A model generated the notes under the pieces. The model did no database searches. It was not told the origin of the DNA and worked only from the letters and a program-made list of their open reading frames with translations. Of a stretch of DNA of 64,000 nt, positions 1-14,022 are shown one piece after another. The stretch is from Octopus sinensis (Eukaryota). The stretch spans positions 41,540,001 to 41,604,000 of the forward strand of contig NC_043009.1 in NCBI RefSeq assembly GCF_006345805.1. Direction: 5' to 3'. Position 1 is the stretch's first letter; every line of letters begins with the position of its first letter. The translations under genes were made by a program, and so were the position numbers.

Positions 1-348
1 GAAAGAAAACCCTACGGAAAAGACCACGGTAACCTCGGTCAATAATGTCACATGTTAACACATTTATTTGCAAGTAAGTAACCCTCTGTTTTAAATTTTT
101 CCGGGTTCATAGGATCTTAGCTACATAGATAGCTAGACAGATAGGGTTGTGTGTGTATGGGTGTACACGTACAACACACACACATGTACACACAAATACA
201 CACTCACATTCACACACACATAGTATTTGTATAGAAAATAAAGGAAGACACGCAAGATTGTTTATAAGATATTTACGCACGTTTCAATAACATAAGGTGA
301 TAATTAATTGCATTACCTAAACTATACAATCTTCAGATGTTCAACATA

Positions 349-620
<272 letters not shown>

Positions 621-1512
621 TATACATACATGCATATATTTATGTATTGAGAAAGAAAAAGGGACAAAGAAGGATAGAGAAAAGTAGTAGATATGAGACA
701 AAGATAGAGAGAGAGAGAGAGAAAAAAATGGGAAAACGAAAGAAACAACAGAGATATATTATATCCCCAAAAAGATGGTTTTTCAATACTTAACAAGGCA
801 ATGCTACAGCATGGTCGTGACCCGTTGCCTAAAACCAGTTCAAGCTCAGAAGAATAAAATGAAAAACAAAAAAAAGTTAAACATAAATAATGTAATAAAA
901 ACTTAAAATTACAATGAACATTCAGTTGTTTGGGAATAAACGAACAGAAGCAAGACTGTAAGACTTTGTACACGTGACTTAAACTGGATGTAAGCATAAC
1001 GATATCAATAACAGGGGGCGCTGAGAGCATTTGTTTGTCTACTTGAGTTTGAGCGCTCTATCTCTTCTCTCCGCCCTCCATTTTCTTTCTCTCTCTCTCT
1101 CTGTGCTTGCCTTACTATTTTAGTCTATTTTGGTCTCCTCCCCACCGCTCTCTCTCTCTGTATTTGTCTCTAGTTTGATGTCAGCCTATATCTGCATCTC
1201 TCTCTCTTTCTCTCTTTTGGTGCAAAAGAAAATAGTTTTAAACAATGACACCAGTGATTTGAATAATTGAAATTGTAGTGTAGTTTGGAACAGTAGCTTT
1301 GTGTAATAAACATTTGCTGTTTCCAATTTCATTGTCTCTCAACGGTTGCAGGTTTTATTTTCGTACAAAGTTTGATAAGAGCTCCATTAAAACTTTCTAT
1401 GCGCTACTAAGGAAGATGCAGATTTAGTTTCCTTACGAACAAAGTTGAATGCAGAAAGAAAAAGAAATTGAGATTGAGATTTAGTCCGTATTTCCATCAG
1501 TATATGGATAGA

Positions 1513-1890
1513 AGCACTCCGTCGGTTACGACGACGAGGGTTCCGGTTGATCCGATCAACGGTACATCCTGCTCGTGAAATTAACGTGTAAGTGGCTGAG
1601 CCTTCCACAGACACGTGTACCCTCAACGTAGTTCTCGGGGATATCCAGCGTGACACAGAGAGTGACAATGCCGGCCCTTTGAAATACAGGTACAACAGAA
1701 ACAGGAAGTAAGAGTGAGAGAAAGTTGTAGTGAAAGAGTACAGCAGGGATCACCACCATCCCTGCCGGAGCCTCGTGGAGCTTTAGGTGTTTTCGCTCAA
1801 TAAACACTCACAACGCCCGGTCTGGGAATCGAAACCGCGATCCTACGACCGCGAGTCCGCTGCCCTAACCACTGGGCCATTGCGCTTCCA
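1513..1890 (-). mobile_element. tRNA-derived SINE, family C, full length
   Basis: The minus strand starts GCGCAATGGCCCAGTGGTTAGGGCAGCGG...GGTTTCGATTCC (Pol III box A and box B). It ends ...CCTCGTCGTCGTAACCGACGGAGTGCT, and the same tail recurs at 4214-4398. Confidence 0.85.
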
Positions 1891-1897
1891 CATCAGT

Positions 1898-2195
1898 ATA
1901 ATTTAGGTAACTTAGATAGGATTTTGGATATTATTGGTTCAAGCCGTATCTAACTTAGATGCACTATTTGGTGGGGTAAACTTTTAGATAATATTTTTGG
2001 ACAACACAGTCCACTCACGTAAGGTGTTGATGTTTACTGAGATGTGTCCATTTGTCGGTGGCTTGTCTGGTATTTCTTAGAGGAATTTGTCCAGGTAACG
2101 TTTGAATGTTGTGTTTTGTTTTTTACTTCTTTGATATGCAGGGCCAGCTGAGGTAAAAAAATAAGTGTCGCAAGGTTTTTAGGGCATGTGAGCTG
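1898..2195 (-). mobile_element. CR1/L2-group LINE, 3' end remnant
   Basis: The minus strand translates to ...TSAGP...FKRYLDKFL*EIPDKPP..., matching the FKRxLDxFLxxIPDxP C-terminal motif. It has a TATCTAAG-type tail and is homologous to 55160-55638. Confidence 0.75.
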
Positions 2196-3203
2196 TTATT
2201 TATTTTAACATTTTTCCAATTGATTCCTCAAATATGAATGGCAAATCTTATTCCATGCTAAATTTCAAGAAGAGATAAAATAAATTCCGTAATGGATTGA
2301 ATCAAATTAACAATATATTTGCTTATCAAACCAATATTCAGATGTCACGTGTGAAAATCGAAATAATGATGTACTTATTAATTTGTAATGCATTCTGGTA
2401 GATTCGAATGTGAAGATGCGAATCTCTGCTGTATTTTCTCTACGGAGAAATAATTATTCCGGACAATCTATGATTGAAACGTACTTGATTAATTGAGATA
2501 AGGGGACTTTAAAGTACTAAGAAGTTTCAAACAGATTGCATTTCTTCAGTCAGAACTACCTCCAGATCAACGAACTATGCATGTTGTAAACACTCATTGT
2601 CAAATACAACAGTGATTAGTAGATTTACGTTCCAATCTGCAGAAATACATCGTTGCTGTGAAATTAGCAAATTCTCTGATATATTACTAATTACCTGGCA
2701 TTGTTTAAGTCATTAATTCACTGCGAAAAGTCTACGCAGTAAAGACACATACACAAAACAGGTCTAATACATGTACTTTATTATAAGTAACGCGAAGAAA
2801 AGTCAGCGTGAGAGAACTGTTATCCGTCTCATTCTGAAAGAAAGGTACAAAAAGCGATCTAATTAAAATGGTACAACCAGGGATCGAAATCGCTTTTGCT
2901 AACACCACTTTTCACGGAGATACTATCACAAACACCATCTGTGCTCGATAATGCCAGTACAGCAGTTGTCTTCAGTAATCCAGTAAAAATCGACTTCAAA
3001 ACGTTGAGTGTTATAACTTAACACTGTCATTGTGCTAGTGACAATTGCGACAGAATCCGACACTGAATGAAGAAAGATAATTTCAAGAATCAAGACTTCT
3101 CCGGAATTGACATGTTATTATGTTGTCTTCTTTAGCGAAGACAACAAAAGAGTCGTGGACACGTGCTACTACTTCAATTGATAATGTCGCTAAAGTTGTT
3201 TAA

Positions 3204-3291
<88 letters not shown>

Positions 3292-3696
3292 GATCTATCT
3301 ATCTATCTATCAATTCACACACACACACACTTATGCATATACGTATATATTTCTTATTTCATGCCACCTTATTTCCTCTTACACTCCATACAACAGGTTC
3401 CTTCTCATAAAGAACTGCGTCTGAAACGTTAAGACTCTTTTTGTTCCTTACTTTTAAGCGTTAAAGCAATGCAATAGTTATTTTAAGTTCTATCCCACGT
3501 GTCTTGTCATCTTTCATCTCATCATCATCATCATCATCATCATCATCACCTCAATCATCATCTAATAAATAAAATAATATATAAAAATAAAAATATACAT
3601 ACATACATATATCTATATATATATTTGTATATATATATAAAATTTATAAGTTTAAATTATTTAAATATTTTTTTATTTCTAACTTTTATATTTTAA

Positions 3697-3875
3697 AATT
3701 AATTTTATGTATTGGCTTATGTTTTTCACTGTTTGATTTGCCTAATAGTGGTTTTATCTCTAATATATATAATATAATATAATATAATATAATATATTTA
3801 TACTATAAAATTGGATTTAATCCTAAATCTAATTTTTCCCTGTAAGTTTGGATTTATTCCCTAAAATTATTATTA
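3697..3875 (+). mobile_element. AT-rich 3' fragment of the hammerhead-bearing Penelope-like family seen at 36.1 kb
   Basis: Near-identical to 36260-36437 and 24250-24380 (ttttatgtattggcttatgtttttc...gatttattccctaa). Flanked by (TA)n. Confidence 0.7.
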
Positions 3876-3902
3876 TATATATATATATATAATTTTACTA
3901 AA

Positions 3903-4020
3903 CCGGTTAGCGAAATGTTTAGCGGTATTTTGTCTGCAGTTACGTTCTGAGTTCTGAGTTCAAATTCGGCCGAGGTTGACTTTGCCTTTTATCCTTTCGG
4001 AGTCGATAAATTAAGTACCT
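3903..4020 (+). mobile_element. SINE family A, partial
   Basis: gcggtattt..gttctgagttcaaattcggccgaggttgactttgcc...gataaattaagtacc matches the full copies at 23218 and 31262. Confidence 0.85.
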
Positions 4021-4058
4021 GGAGTACAAATTTGAGGCCTGGTGTCTTTAATAGAACG

Positions 4059-4105
<47 letters not shown>

Positions 4106-4156
4106 ATGTGTGTGTGTGTCGATTTGTGTATGTGCAATTATATTACCAGTTCAAAT

Positions 4157-4398
4157 ATGCTTGGCACTTTATCTCGCTCTGCTCCAGTCCACACAGCTGG
4201 CAAAAAATGAGTAGTATCTGTATTTCGAAGGGCCAGCCTTGTCACACTCTGTGTCACGCTGAATCTCCCTGAGAACTACGGTAAGGGTACTACACGTGTC
4301 TGAGGAGTGCTCGGCCATTTGCACGTTAATTTCACGAGCAAGCTGTTCCGTTGATCGTACCAGCTGGGATCCTCGTCGTCGTAACCGACGGAGTGCTC
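4157..4398 (+). mobile_element. 5'-truncated SINE with a family-D core and a family-C 3' tail
   Basis: gctccagtccacacagctgg resembles the core at 19858-19880. From 4214 onward it aligns to the 3' half of the 1513-1890 SINE. Confidence 0.75.
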
Positions 4399-4406
4399 CT
4401 ATATAA

Positions 4407-4450
<44 letters not shown>

Positions 4451-4462
4451 AACATATACATG

Positions 4463-4522
<60 letters not shown>

Positions 4523-5221
4523 TACATACATGCATACTTACATGTATGTATGTATATATATATATATATATATGTATGTATATGATAAAGAGTCTATTAG
4601 AAGCAGTGAGTGACTATTTTACTTTTTATTTTAGTGTTTAGAAAGACTAAAGTAAAATAACATAAATAATATGAAGCGGCAATCAGAGTTATTTAACAAT
4701 GTATTGTCCTCTCGATGTAAAAGAGGAAGATAAAAAAAAAACAGAACAGCCCACATCTACGCTATAATATTGTAATATTGTATTTATTTATTTCATCTGG
4801 CTTCCTTTAACAGCTGGCTTCGATTTAAGCAAGCGGGGAAAAGTATTTCAGTAACTTAAGCACTCTATCAAGTAATAACAACAAGTGCCGTTGTCAATAT
4901 ATGCCTATATGGATTGGTGTAAGTAAACAATGTTATGTGGAGATATACAGTGTTCTCAGATCCGTAAACAGACTAGAGGTTTAGTTACATACATCTATGA
5001 AAGTGTGGTATGTATGTAGACTTTTCATGAGTACGCGTGTGAGCGTGAGGATACATATGTTCATAGATGTATATATGTATGCACATATGTATGTTTGTAT
5101 GCATGTACTCACTCGCGTATGTGTTGTACTTCGTAGAAGTTTCAACTTGCTCGTGTGTTGTTAGCGTAAAAGCTATCGTACTTATGGCGTCGAGATAGTC
5201 ATGACTAGAGACAATGTGTAG

Positions 5222-5265
<44 letters not shown>

Positions 5266-5566
5266 CACTGTAAAAAGAAAGAATGAATAGACAAACAACT
5301 AATATCAGTTCAGAACATGGAATTTATATATGTAAACATAATTGCAGAGATGCTACGATAGATTTAATTTACGAGAATAAAATATATCGTAAGAAATAAG
5401 GAATTAAGGAGAGTGCAGGCAGAGTCTTGCGGTTCTTTCCAGAATAGACGGGCGTGTTGGTTTTCTCGGCGAACAAAGATGTGTTATCCATGTAGTAGGG
5501 GACTATTCCATCTTCAGAGAGAAAGAATATATACACACATATGTATACGTATGCACATACACACAC

Positions 5567-5631
<65 letters not shown>

Positions 5632-5791
5632 ATATATATATATACACAGAGTATTTGTAATCAGTAGAAGTTATATAGTGACTCAATGGCCGAGAAATTC
5701 CTGCATGGTACTTTCTAAAGTTTGGTAAGTGCCACGAAGGAAACTTTCAGCTTTTGAGTTTCTTTGTAACTATCACAAATTATACATATAA

Positions 5792-5860
<69 letters not shown>

Positions 5861-6035
5861 TATATAAATATAAACCATAACTTTAACCATACGTCTCGCT
5901 TGTTAGCGCTTTCTACTTGATGATATGTGCCATACTTTGAATAATTGCTTTATGTTCCTATGTAGCCGAGAGCAGACATCCAGAATGGGAAAACTTATGG
6001 AAGGGAGGTGTGCACCAGAAATCCACCGAAGCTCA

Positions 6036-6434
6036 TCTTTATATATAAAAGTAAGGTTGTGTGTCTGTCTCCTACGATTTAGATTCCTAACTACTCCCAC
6101 ATTTTGCGGTGCAGTTTAACCAAAACCGGGTATCTTATAGTCGTGATTCATATCGAGCCCTTCTGGGTATTAGCGCGCGTCTACGCTGAGTCTACGATTT
6201 AAAAAATAATTTACCATAATTTTTTTTCCATTTTAATGCATTTTTTCGCTATTATATAAGGGAAGTAACTCTCTAAAAATGTCTACGATGAGTCAACAAT
6301 TTAAAAAAAATTTACCATCATTTTTTTTTCCATTTTTAATGCATTTTTTTGCTATTTTTTGGCTATAACTCTCTAAAAATGCTTATATAGTTATTTCCCT
6401 TACAAACCCGAGCAACGCCGGGCGATACTGCTAG
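6036..6434 (+). mobile_element. Non-autonomous Helitron
   Basis: Sits between a host A and T. It starts TC(tttatatataaaag), has a sub-terminal hairpin cccgagcaacgccggg (6407-6422) and ends CTAG. It contains an internal tandem duplication of about 95 bp. Confidence 0.85.
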
Positions 6435-9171
6435 TTAACTATATAGCTTTGAGGAACGTGAATTATTGAAGTCCTCCCTTCAGAATACAACGTTCAGTGA
6501 TTAAACCTAAAAGTTTATATTCGTGTCACCAATACCCTAAACCATAGAATCACGTACAGCTACTGCAGAACTGTTATGACTAATGGGTAATTCTTATGCG
6601 GTGTTATTTGTTAGCGGTTTACTACCAGTCTTAACCGCAGAGCTGTGATTGGTGTCTGGTCGGAGAAATTGGATTTGAATATTATTTGGATTATGAAATT
6701 TTGGAGAAATTTTCAGAGTGGTGTCCGCCCCCAAAATAATCATTAGTTGCATAAAAATAAAAGCCCGTATCTTTTGTTCAGCGATTTTGGCAGCTATTTC
6801 AAGAGCTTAAGTTTCTCAGGTAAATATAATTAACATTTCCTAACCCAGTTAAATTATGGGGTTGGAATGCTCTATCCATGATTTTTCAAATTATTGGAAC
6901 ACTTTCATTTTCGCTATCATTTAATTTTTAAACATACTGTAATAAAGGGTACAATTCTTTCCGTTCTTCTTTTCTGAATGAGTTTATAAGTTGGTTGTAT
7001 CTGTTCTTAAATATATTTGTTGTGAGTTTGGTATAACTCATTGTGATTCTGTATTCATGTCGTATGCTTGCTCTATAGTACGAATACAAAAACAAATTAC
7101 GAAAATGACGACGGTTCTCATACAACCAATTATGAAAAAGAAACAGGAAAGTTAACAAAGGCTACGAAATGTATGAATAGAGAGTGAATAGCCACTTATC
7201 TACCAAAGAAGTCGGCAAATCCAAGATTCCTTCTTTACATGCTACTCATAAAGATGCCTGCGAGCATGGATATTTATACCAAGAGCCGAATATTCAGGAT
7301 TTGTCTTGGTATCCTGTTGCATTCTGCTAGTCTGCTAGTCTGTTGCTCTCTCGAGCTGCCCATTAAAACAAAGGGCCCATTTACGGTCTAGAACCGGTTC
7401 GCGTGACATAAAGATCAGTCCACGATGAGGAGACAGGCCTGTGTTACATATGTCTTGCTTCCCTTGAGTTCTGTATGTCTTAGTCATAGAAAAATATTTT
7501 GCTGTTTGACTTGTAACTGGGGCTTTCACGAGTAGTATCATCTCTGACTAAAGCAGACTTAGGAATAACTGTGACTCCCCCAAACTCATACTTCCGAGCT
7601 GGAACCTCATTACCAAGTTGCTAACCCAGGATTACCCTGAATAATAAGGGCTCTCTCCTAGCTACAGTCTCCGATCTACAGCTACAGGCTGAATCTAAGC
7701 TTATCAAACCGAGCCATTGTTATTTAGTGCGGCACCATAAAAGCACAACACACGCGCGCGCCGCGAGCAAAATCATATCTGAAGGTGAAAGACTTTTGAT
7801 ATTCTTTTCCTTATGACGATGGAACTAATTTAATTGTTCTAAGCATAGTATAAATCTAAAATCAAATTTTATTTCAGCATAAAACAGAAAAATACACGAA
7901 GTTCTAACCGTGACCATCACGTGCTGTTTCAAAACTCATAATCTATTTTTGAAAGTCTGTCTGCTAGTCTTGTTTAAAGATAGCTGAATGTGAATTGAGG
8001 AAGAAGTAGCTGCTACATCCAGCAATTCGAGTGTACTCAGAGAGGTTCGTCTTCGTGATTGGTATGTTGATGCAGATGATTCAATTTAATCGAAACAGTC
8101 GATGCCTTTCTATATTATTGATGTCGGTGTTATACAATTTCTGCTCCATCTTCCAACCATTGATGCACACAACCATCCTTTATGTCACCACTACACCTTT
8201 TATTCCCATCCTGAGCAGCATTTGTTAAAGTTAAAGTTTCTTTGGCTGTTAAATATGGAGTTCAAAACAAAGATGACTTTTAAATATTTCCCATTTCACA
8301 AGCCCTATTCTTTATCGTCTCTCTTTTGCGACAAGAACAAACCAATTTTCTAAAATTTCTTTCATTCCATATATTAATTTGACGGGATTTCAATTGGAAA
8401 TATTTCTTACAATGTTTAGAAGTTGTGTCGTCGTCTCATGATTATGTCTAACATTTAAATATCTGGAATATATGCTCTTTTTAATTGTGACTGCTCCCCG
8501 CTTTACTAGACAGCATAATTCCAGGTTATTCGTAAAGGTATTATGGTTACCCGAAATAGCTCTAAGCTATGAGACGTGCATTGAAGAATATCCGCCATAC
8601 AGACTAATACGTGTAATATAACTTTATTCCTTCAATTTTATTTTCATATCGATTAGAGGTGTTCGACAATGGGACAGGGACTGAATAAGACGCGTAAATC
8701 GATTTGTTTCTTTGAACAAGAAGCAACTTTTATCTCTTTTAATTAGAAACTGCCAAGAATGTCTTGTATTAGTGGCGCTTTTTGAGTAATAAGGTTTTAG
8801 TAATTTTAAAATTACGTTTAATTCTGCCTTGCTATTAAGAGAAAATCTAAATTGTTAAACTCTATGATTAAATATTCGTATGACACCCATATTCCTTTCT
8901 CTACTTCTCCTTCATTATAAGAATTGGATCCGGGCCAAGCTCCAAGATATTACTTTACAAGAACTTTTGATGTGCTTCGTTAATTCTATTCTCACTCGCC
9001 TGTTAGTGGACACCGGCGGAAAGTGTTTCTAAATAGAAACACGATGCCATGAATTCAACAGAATGGGTCTGAATTTATTAAGCATGGAGCCCGCACAACC
9101 ACCTTGGACATGGTTTTATAACAATTCGCTTCCCTTAATCATCCCATCAGTTTCGTAACTCTAGCGTATTT

Positions 9172-9458
9172 CCTCACTTTCTTTCTTTCCTTCCTTCCTT
9201 TCTTTCCTTCCTTCCTTTCTTTCCTTCCTTCTTTCCTTTCTTTCCTTCCTTTCTTTCCTTTCTTTCCTTCCTTTCTTTCCTTCCTTCCTTCTTTCCTTTC
9301 TTTCCTTTCTTTCCTTCCTTCTTTCATTCCTTCTTTCCTTCCTTCCTTCTTTCTTTCTTTCTTTCTTTCTTTCTTTTTCTTTCTTCCTTCCTTCCTTCCT
9401 TCCTTCTTCCTTCCTTCCTTCTTTCTTGCTTTCTTTCTTTCTTTCGATTCTTTCTTCA
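9172..9458. repeat. (TTCC/TTTC)n polypyrimidine tract
   Basis: About 285 bp that is almost entirely C/T. Confidence 0.95.
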
Positions 9459-9584
9459 AAACTAAGGCTTAAACTCCTGTCAAACCGTGTCTATGACATA
9501 CATACATATATACATACATGCATACATACATACATACATGCATGCATACATACATAACACACACACACACGTACGCACACACAT

Positions 9585-10516
9585 AGGTGCAGACGCAACT
9601 GTGTAATAAGACGTCTTCTTCTCAACCATATGGTTCAGAGTTCAGTCCCACTGCGAGGAACCTTAGGCAAGTGTCTTCTACTAAAGTCTCGGGCCATGAA
9701 TGGATTTGGTCGATAGAAACTGAAAGAAGCCCATGTGTATATATCTATGTGTGTCTGTGTGCGTGTGTGTGTGTCCTTGTGTCTGTGTTTGTCCCCCATC
9801 ACCGCTTGACACCCGCTGCTGGTGTGTTAACTTCCCGTAACTGTAGGCAGGAGTGGCTGTGTGAGTAGGCGCAGGAGTGGCTGTGTGAGTAGGCGCAGGT
9901 GTGGCTGTGTGGTACGTGGCTTGCTGACCAACCACATAGTTCTGGGTTCAGTCCCACTGTGTGGCACCTTGGGCTATTGTCTTCCACTATGGCCTCGGGC
10001 CGACCAAAACCTCGTGAGTGGATTTGGTAGACGGAAACTGAAAGAAGCCCATCGTATATATAGATATATGTATATATATGTATGTGCATATGTTTGTGTG
10101 TGTGTTTGTCCCCCCACCGATGCTGGTGTGTTTACGTCCGTAACTGTAGGCAGGAGTGGCTGTGTGAGTAGGCGCAGGTGTGGCTGTGTGGTACGTGGCT
10201 TGCTGACCAACCACATAGTTCTGGGTTCAGTCCCACTGTGTGGCACCTTGGGCTATTGTCTTCCACTATGGCCTCGGGCCGACCAAAACCTCGTGAGTGG
10301 ATTTGGTAGACGGAAACTGAAAGAAGCCCATCGTATATATAGATATATGTATATATATGTGCATATGTTTGTGTGTGTGTTTGTCCCCCCACCGATGCTG
10401 GTGTGTTTACGTCCCGTAACTTAGAGGTTCGGCAAAGAGTGACCGATAGAATAAGTACTAGGCTTACAAAGAATAAGTCCCGGGGTCGATTTGCTCGACT
10501 AAATGTGGTGCTCTAG
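9585..10516 (+). mobile_element. Nested and tandem SINE family B complex
   Basis: An older copy (9585-9841) resumes at about 10421 after two near-identical inner copies (9843-10143 and 10144-10420). Features include box A tggctgtgtgg, box B ggttcagtccc and a MIR/CORE-like ggcaccttgggc segment. Confidence 0.9.
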
Positions 10517-10691
10517 TATGTATGTATGTATGTATGTATGTATTATGTATGTGTGCATGCATGTATGTATGGATGAATGTATTTATGTATGTGTGTGTGT
10601 GTAGTATTCTATGTTAGGCACAAGATAACCACTAAACTAAGAATCAAAGTCCTGTTTAAACGAGGTCGTAATATGCTTTCAATACCCCGTT

Positions 10692-11172
10692 AAGAGGAGT
10701 GACTGTGTGGTAAGTATAAGCGAATGGCTGTGTGGTAAGCATAGGCGCAGTAGTGGCTGTGTGGTAAGTATAGGCGCAGGAGTGGCTGTGTGGTAAGTAG
10801 CTTGGTTACCAACCACATGGTTCCAGGTTCATTCCCTCTGCGTGGCACTTTGGGCAAGTGTCTTCTACTATATCCCCGGGCCGACCAAAGCCTCGTGAGT
10901 GGATTTAATAGACGGAAACTGAAAAGAAGCCCGTCGTTATATATATGTATATATATATATATGTACGTGTGTGTATATGTTTGTGTGTCTGTGTTTGTTC
11001 CTCGCTTGACAACCGATGGTGGCGTGTTTACGTCCCCGTAACTTAGCGGTTCGGCAAAAGAGACAGATAGAATAAGTACTAGGCTTCCAGAGAATAAGTC
11101 CTGGGGTCGATTTGCTCGACTAAAGGCCGCAGTCAAATGACTGAAACAAGTAAAAGAGAGTAAAAGAATAAA
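10692..11172 (+). mobile_element. SINE family B, full length, with four tandem head units
   Basis: Four copies of ..tggctgtgtggtaag.., then the body, an internal (TA/GT)n, and the tail gactgaaacaagtaaaagag. Confidence 0.9.
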
Positions 11173-12087
11173 TGGCATTACACTTCTTTACACCACACAA
11201 ACTACTGAAAGAAAACACAAGCCCGAAGTACATAATCCAGAAAATCTTACCTTCTCTAAGGTCAACGGAACTAATACCCAATTGATGGATACCACTGATG
11301 ATGGAAGGTCATATCACTGACCTGTTTATCGTACTGGTGTTTGTAACGTACATATTTATTTTCATAATCATCACTTTCAAAAGGTTAGAGGGTTTACAAT
11401 GTATATCTCTGCCTAAAAAACGACTGCTTTCTTTACCTCGAAAATCACTAAATTTTCTGTTGAAAAACATTATATTCGAAGTTTCGTGTAATGTTTGTCA
11501 GTGGAAATGAAAGAAGTGGCAGGGACAATTCTTGAAGGTGAATAATCGGTTAAATTGACCATATGTTATTTTTGCTTTATAGGAAATAAATAAATACATT
11601 AGTTGGTTTGTGTAAACGATATCCAACAATAAGAACGAAGAAGAAATATGTGCTTGTTGGTACCCAGGTCTTCAGCATCACAGGACAAAAATATATAATC
11701 TGGAAGAATCAGGTGCCACCAAATGTTTTCCTTTTACTTTCTTGAGAGAGAAAGAAAGAAAGAAAGAGATAGAGATAAAGAAAGATGAGGAGTGAGAGAG
11801 AGGGAGTCGGGTCACCGGAAATGAACTAGAGAAAAAAAACCCGCCAAAACATAATAACAACAAAAACAAGCAAAAATATATGTAACGTAAAGAAATAGCT
11901 CCCGTGTCCTGTTTGTTTCAGACAAGAGTGAAGAATTACAGGAAATGAAAATGCACTTTTCTAGACAGGACAGCCATACTAGTCTGGATTGACTGCGCAT
12001 CTGCACATTTTTGTAAATTTCTTCACTTGCTTTCGACAGGGTTCAGCGGCTTCGAAGTAAAGAGTAAAAGAATAATGTCTGACATAC

Positions 12088-12156
<69 letters not shown>

Positions 12157-12195
12157 TAATATATATATATAGTATATATATATATATATATATAG

Positions 12196-12228
<33 letters not shown>

Positions 12229-12245
12229 TATATAAACATATACAT

Positions 12246-12278
<33 letters not shown>

Positions 12279-13227
12279 CATATGTATATATACATACATA
12301 TATATATACATACATATATATATGCATACATATATATATACATATATATATATACACACACACACACCATATATATATATACATATATGCGTGTATACGT
12401 GGATGGTTGTATACATACAAACATGTATATATAAATATATATATATATATGTGTATGTGTATGTATACACATACACATATATTTATATATATATGCATGT
12501 GTATATATATGTACATATGTATGTTTGTCTGAAACTGTGTGTGTGTGTGTATTTGCTGTTTTTATTAACTGTCAGAATAATTCTCTTTTAATTTATTATT
12601 ATATATTTTGTTCTAAGATAAAAGTTTACTTCTTTTTCTTTTCTCTAGAGGAAGTATCCTAGTTTACTAGCTGCAAACGAACACAGAATCATGAAGTCGT
12701 TATAGAAATTTAATTATCGACAAGCGCTTTCGAATCTCAGTAATTCTCCCAGAAGTCGCTATTCACATATGGTATACAACATTCAGTACAAACAAAGAAA
12801 AGAAAAGAAACATGCTTTCGCTCTGTTGTATTCATAAGAGTTGTTCTCCAAATTAATCCAGCGAGTTTATCTGATGAGTGTAATATTAAAGTATAGATAT
12901 GTGTACAAACACGTGCGAAAGATACTCATGAAATACATACGACAAATAATTCTCTCACCCCTTGTACCTTCTATAAAACTATATGTGTTTGTGTGTGCAT
13001 GTGCACACATTGTCATTTCTATTTTTAAATCCGTGAAACACAGCTACTTTCTCTTCATGGACTTTATTTTAAAAACTTTCTCCTCGTGAAATATTAATGT
13101 CCGAAACGTTAAAACTTTTTTCTCTCTCCGTTAAAGCATTTAAACTAAAACATTCCGTGTTATCTTTTATCGTTCAATGCATTTACAAAATATACATACA
13201 CACACGAACACATGCACACACACGCAC

Positions 13228-13470
13228 ACCTACGTACGTACCTACGTACGTACGTACATACGTACCTACCTACCTACCTACCTACCTACCTACCTACCTA
13301 CCTACCTACCTACATACCTACCTACCTACTACCTACCTACCTACCTACCTACCTACCTAACTACCTACATACATACATACATACATACATACCTACCTAC
13401 CTACCTACCTACCTACCTACCTACATACATACCTACCTACCTACCTACATACATACATACTACATACGTA
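13228..13470. repeat. (TACC)n/(TACA)n microsatellite
   Basis: Read directly. Confidence 0.97.
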
Positions 13471-14022
13471 CATACTTACATACGGATATACATATACAGG
13501 TTAATTTATATCCTATATATAGGCGTGTGTATATGTATGTATATAAATATATATTTTTATACATATATATATATGTATATATATGTATGTATATATGTAT
13601 GTATACATGTATATATATGCATATATGTTTTTATATATGTATATACATATATACGTATATATATACACGTGCATATACAAACAAATGCATAATAAAAAAT
13701 ATTACTGCAAGCCTTTAAACGGTTTGTGTTGTTGAATTGGATTAACTAATTACAAAAATACTACCTAATGGACGAAAACGCTAATGAAGGCTTCACAGTT
13801 AAATCTAATTAAAAATAATAATTACTGACATATTGTGATTTTCGTACCGCAATGAATTATTTATTAATTGATAAATGGTACAAGATATTTAGTACTTAAT
13901 TTAAAATAACAATTAATTGCTTATTTTTGCGATTTGATAATAGTAAGTATAGAAACGGTGGTTTTTGCTATTTGCTAGATATGTAAAGTTGTTGTGCCTG
14001 TTGGGACTATAATAGTTTCCAA

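Noticed and set aside
1812-1885. tRNA gene
   Set aside because: It has box A and box B but no proper acceptor stem or anticodon arm, and it continues into a SINE body. It is a SINE head.
7260-8230. Very old RTE-like LINE remnants (RIPRQIL, LLRMGIKG) on the minus strand
   Set aside because: Only short motif matches amid stops; too degraded to call.
9843-9912. CRISPR-like short direct repeats
   Set aside because: There are no unique spacers; these are tandem SINE head units in eukaryotic DNA.
11502-11537. 36-nt micro-exon candidate (EMKEVAGTILE)
   Set aside because: The splice signals are plausible, but such matches are expected by chance in 64 kb and there is no homology support.
12649-12770. 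Exon after the strong polypyrimidine acceptor ttttctctag
   Set aside because: All three frames close before a donor.
13047-13115. GGAC...GTCC-GAAA-CGTT hammerhead remnant
   Set aside because: The CUGANGA core is absent (it reads ctcttcat). At best it is a decayed Penelope-type end.
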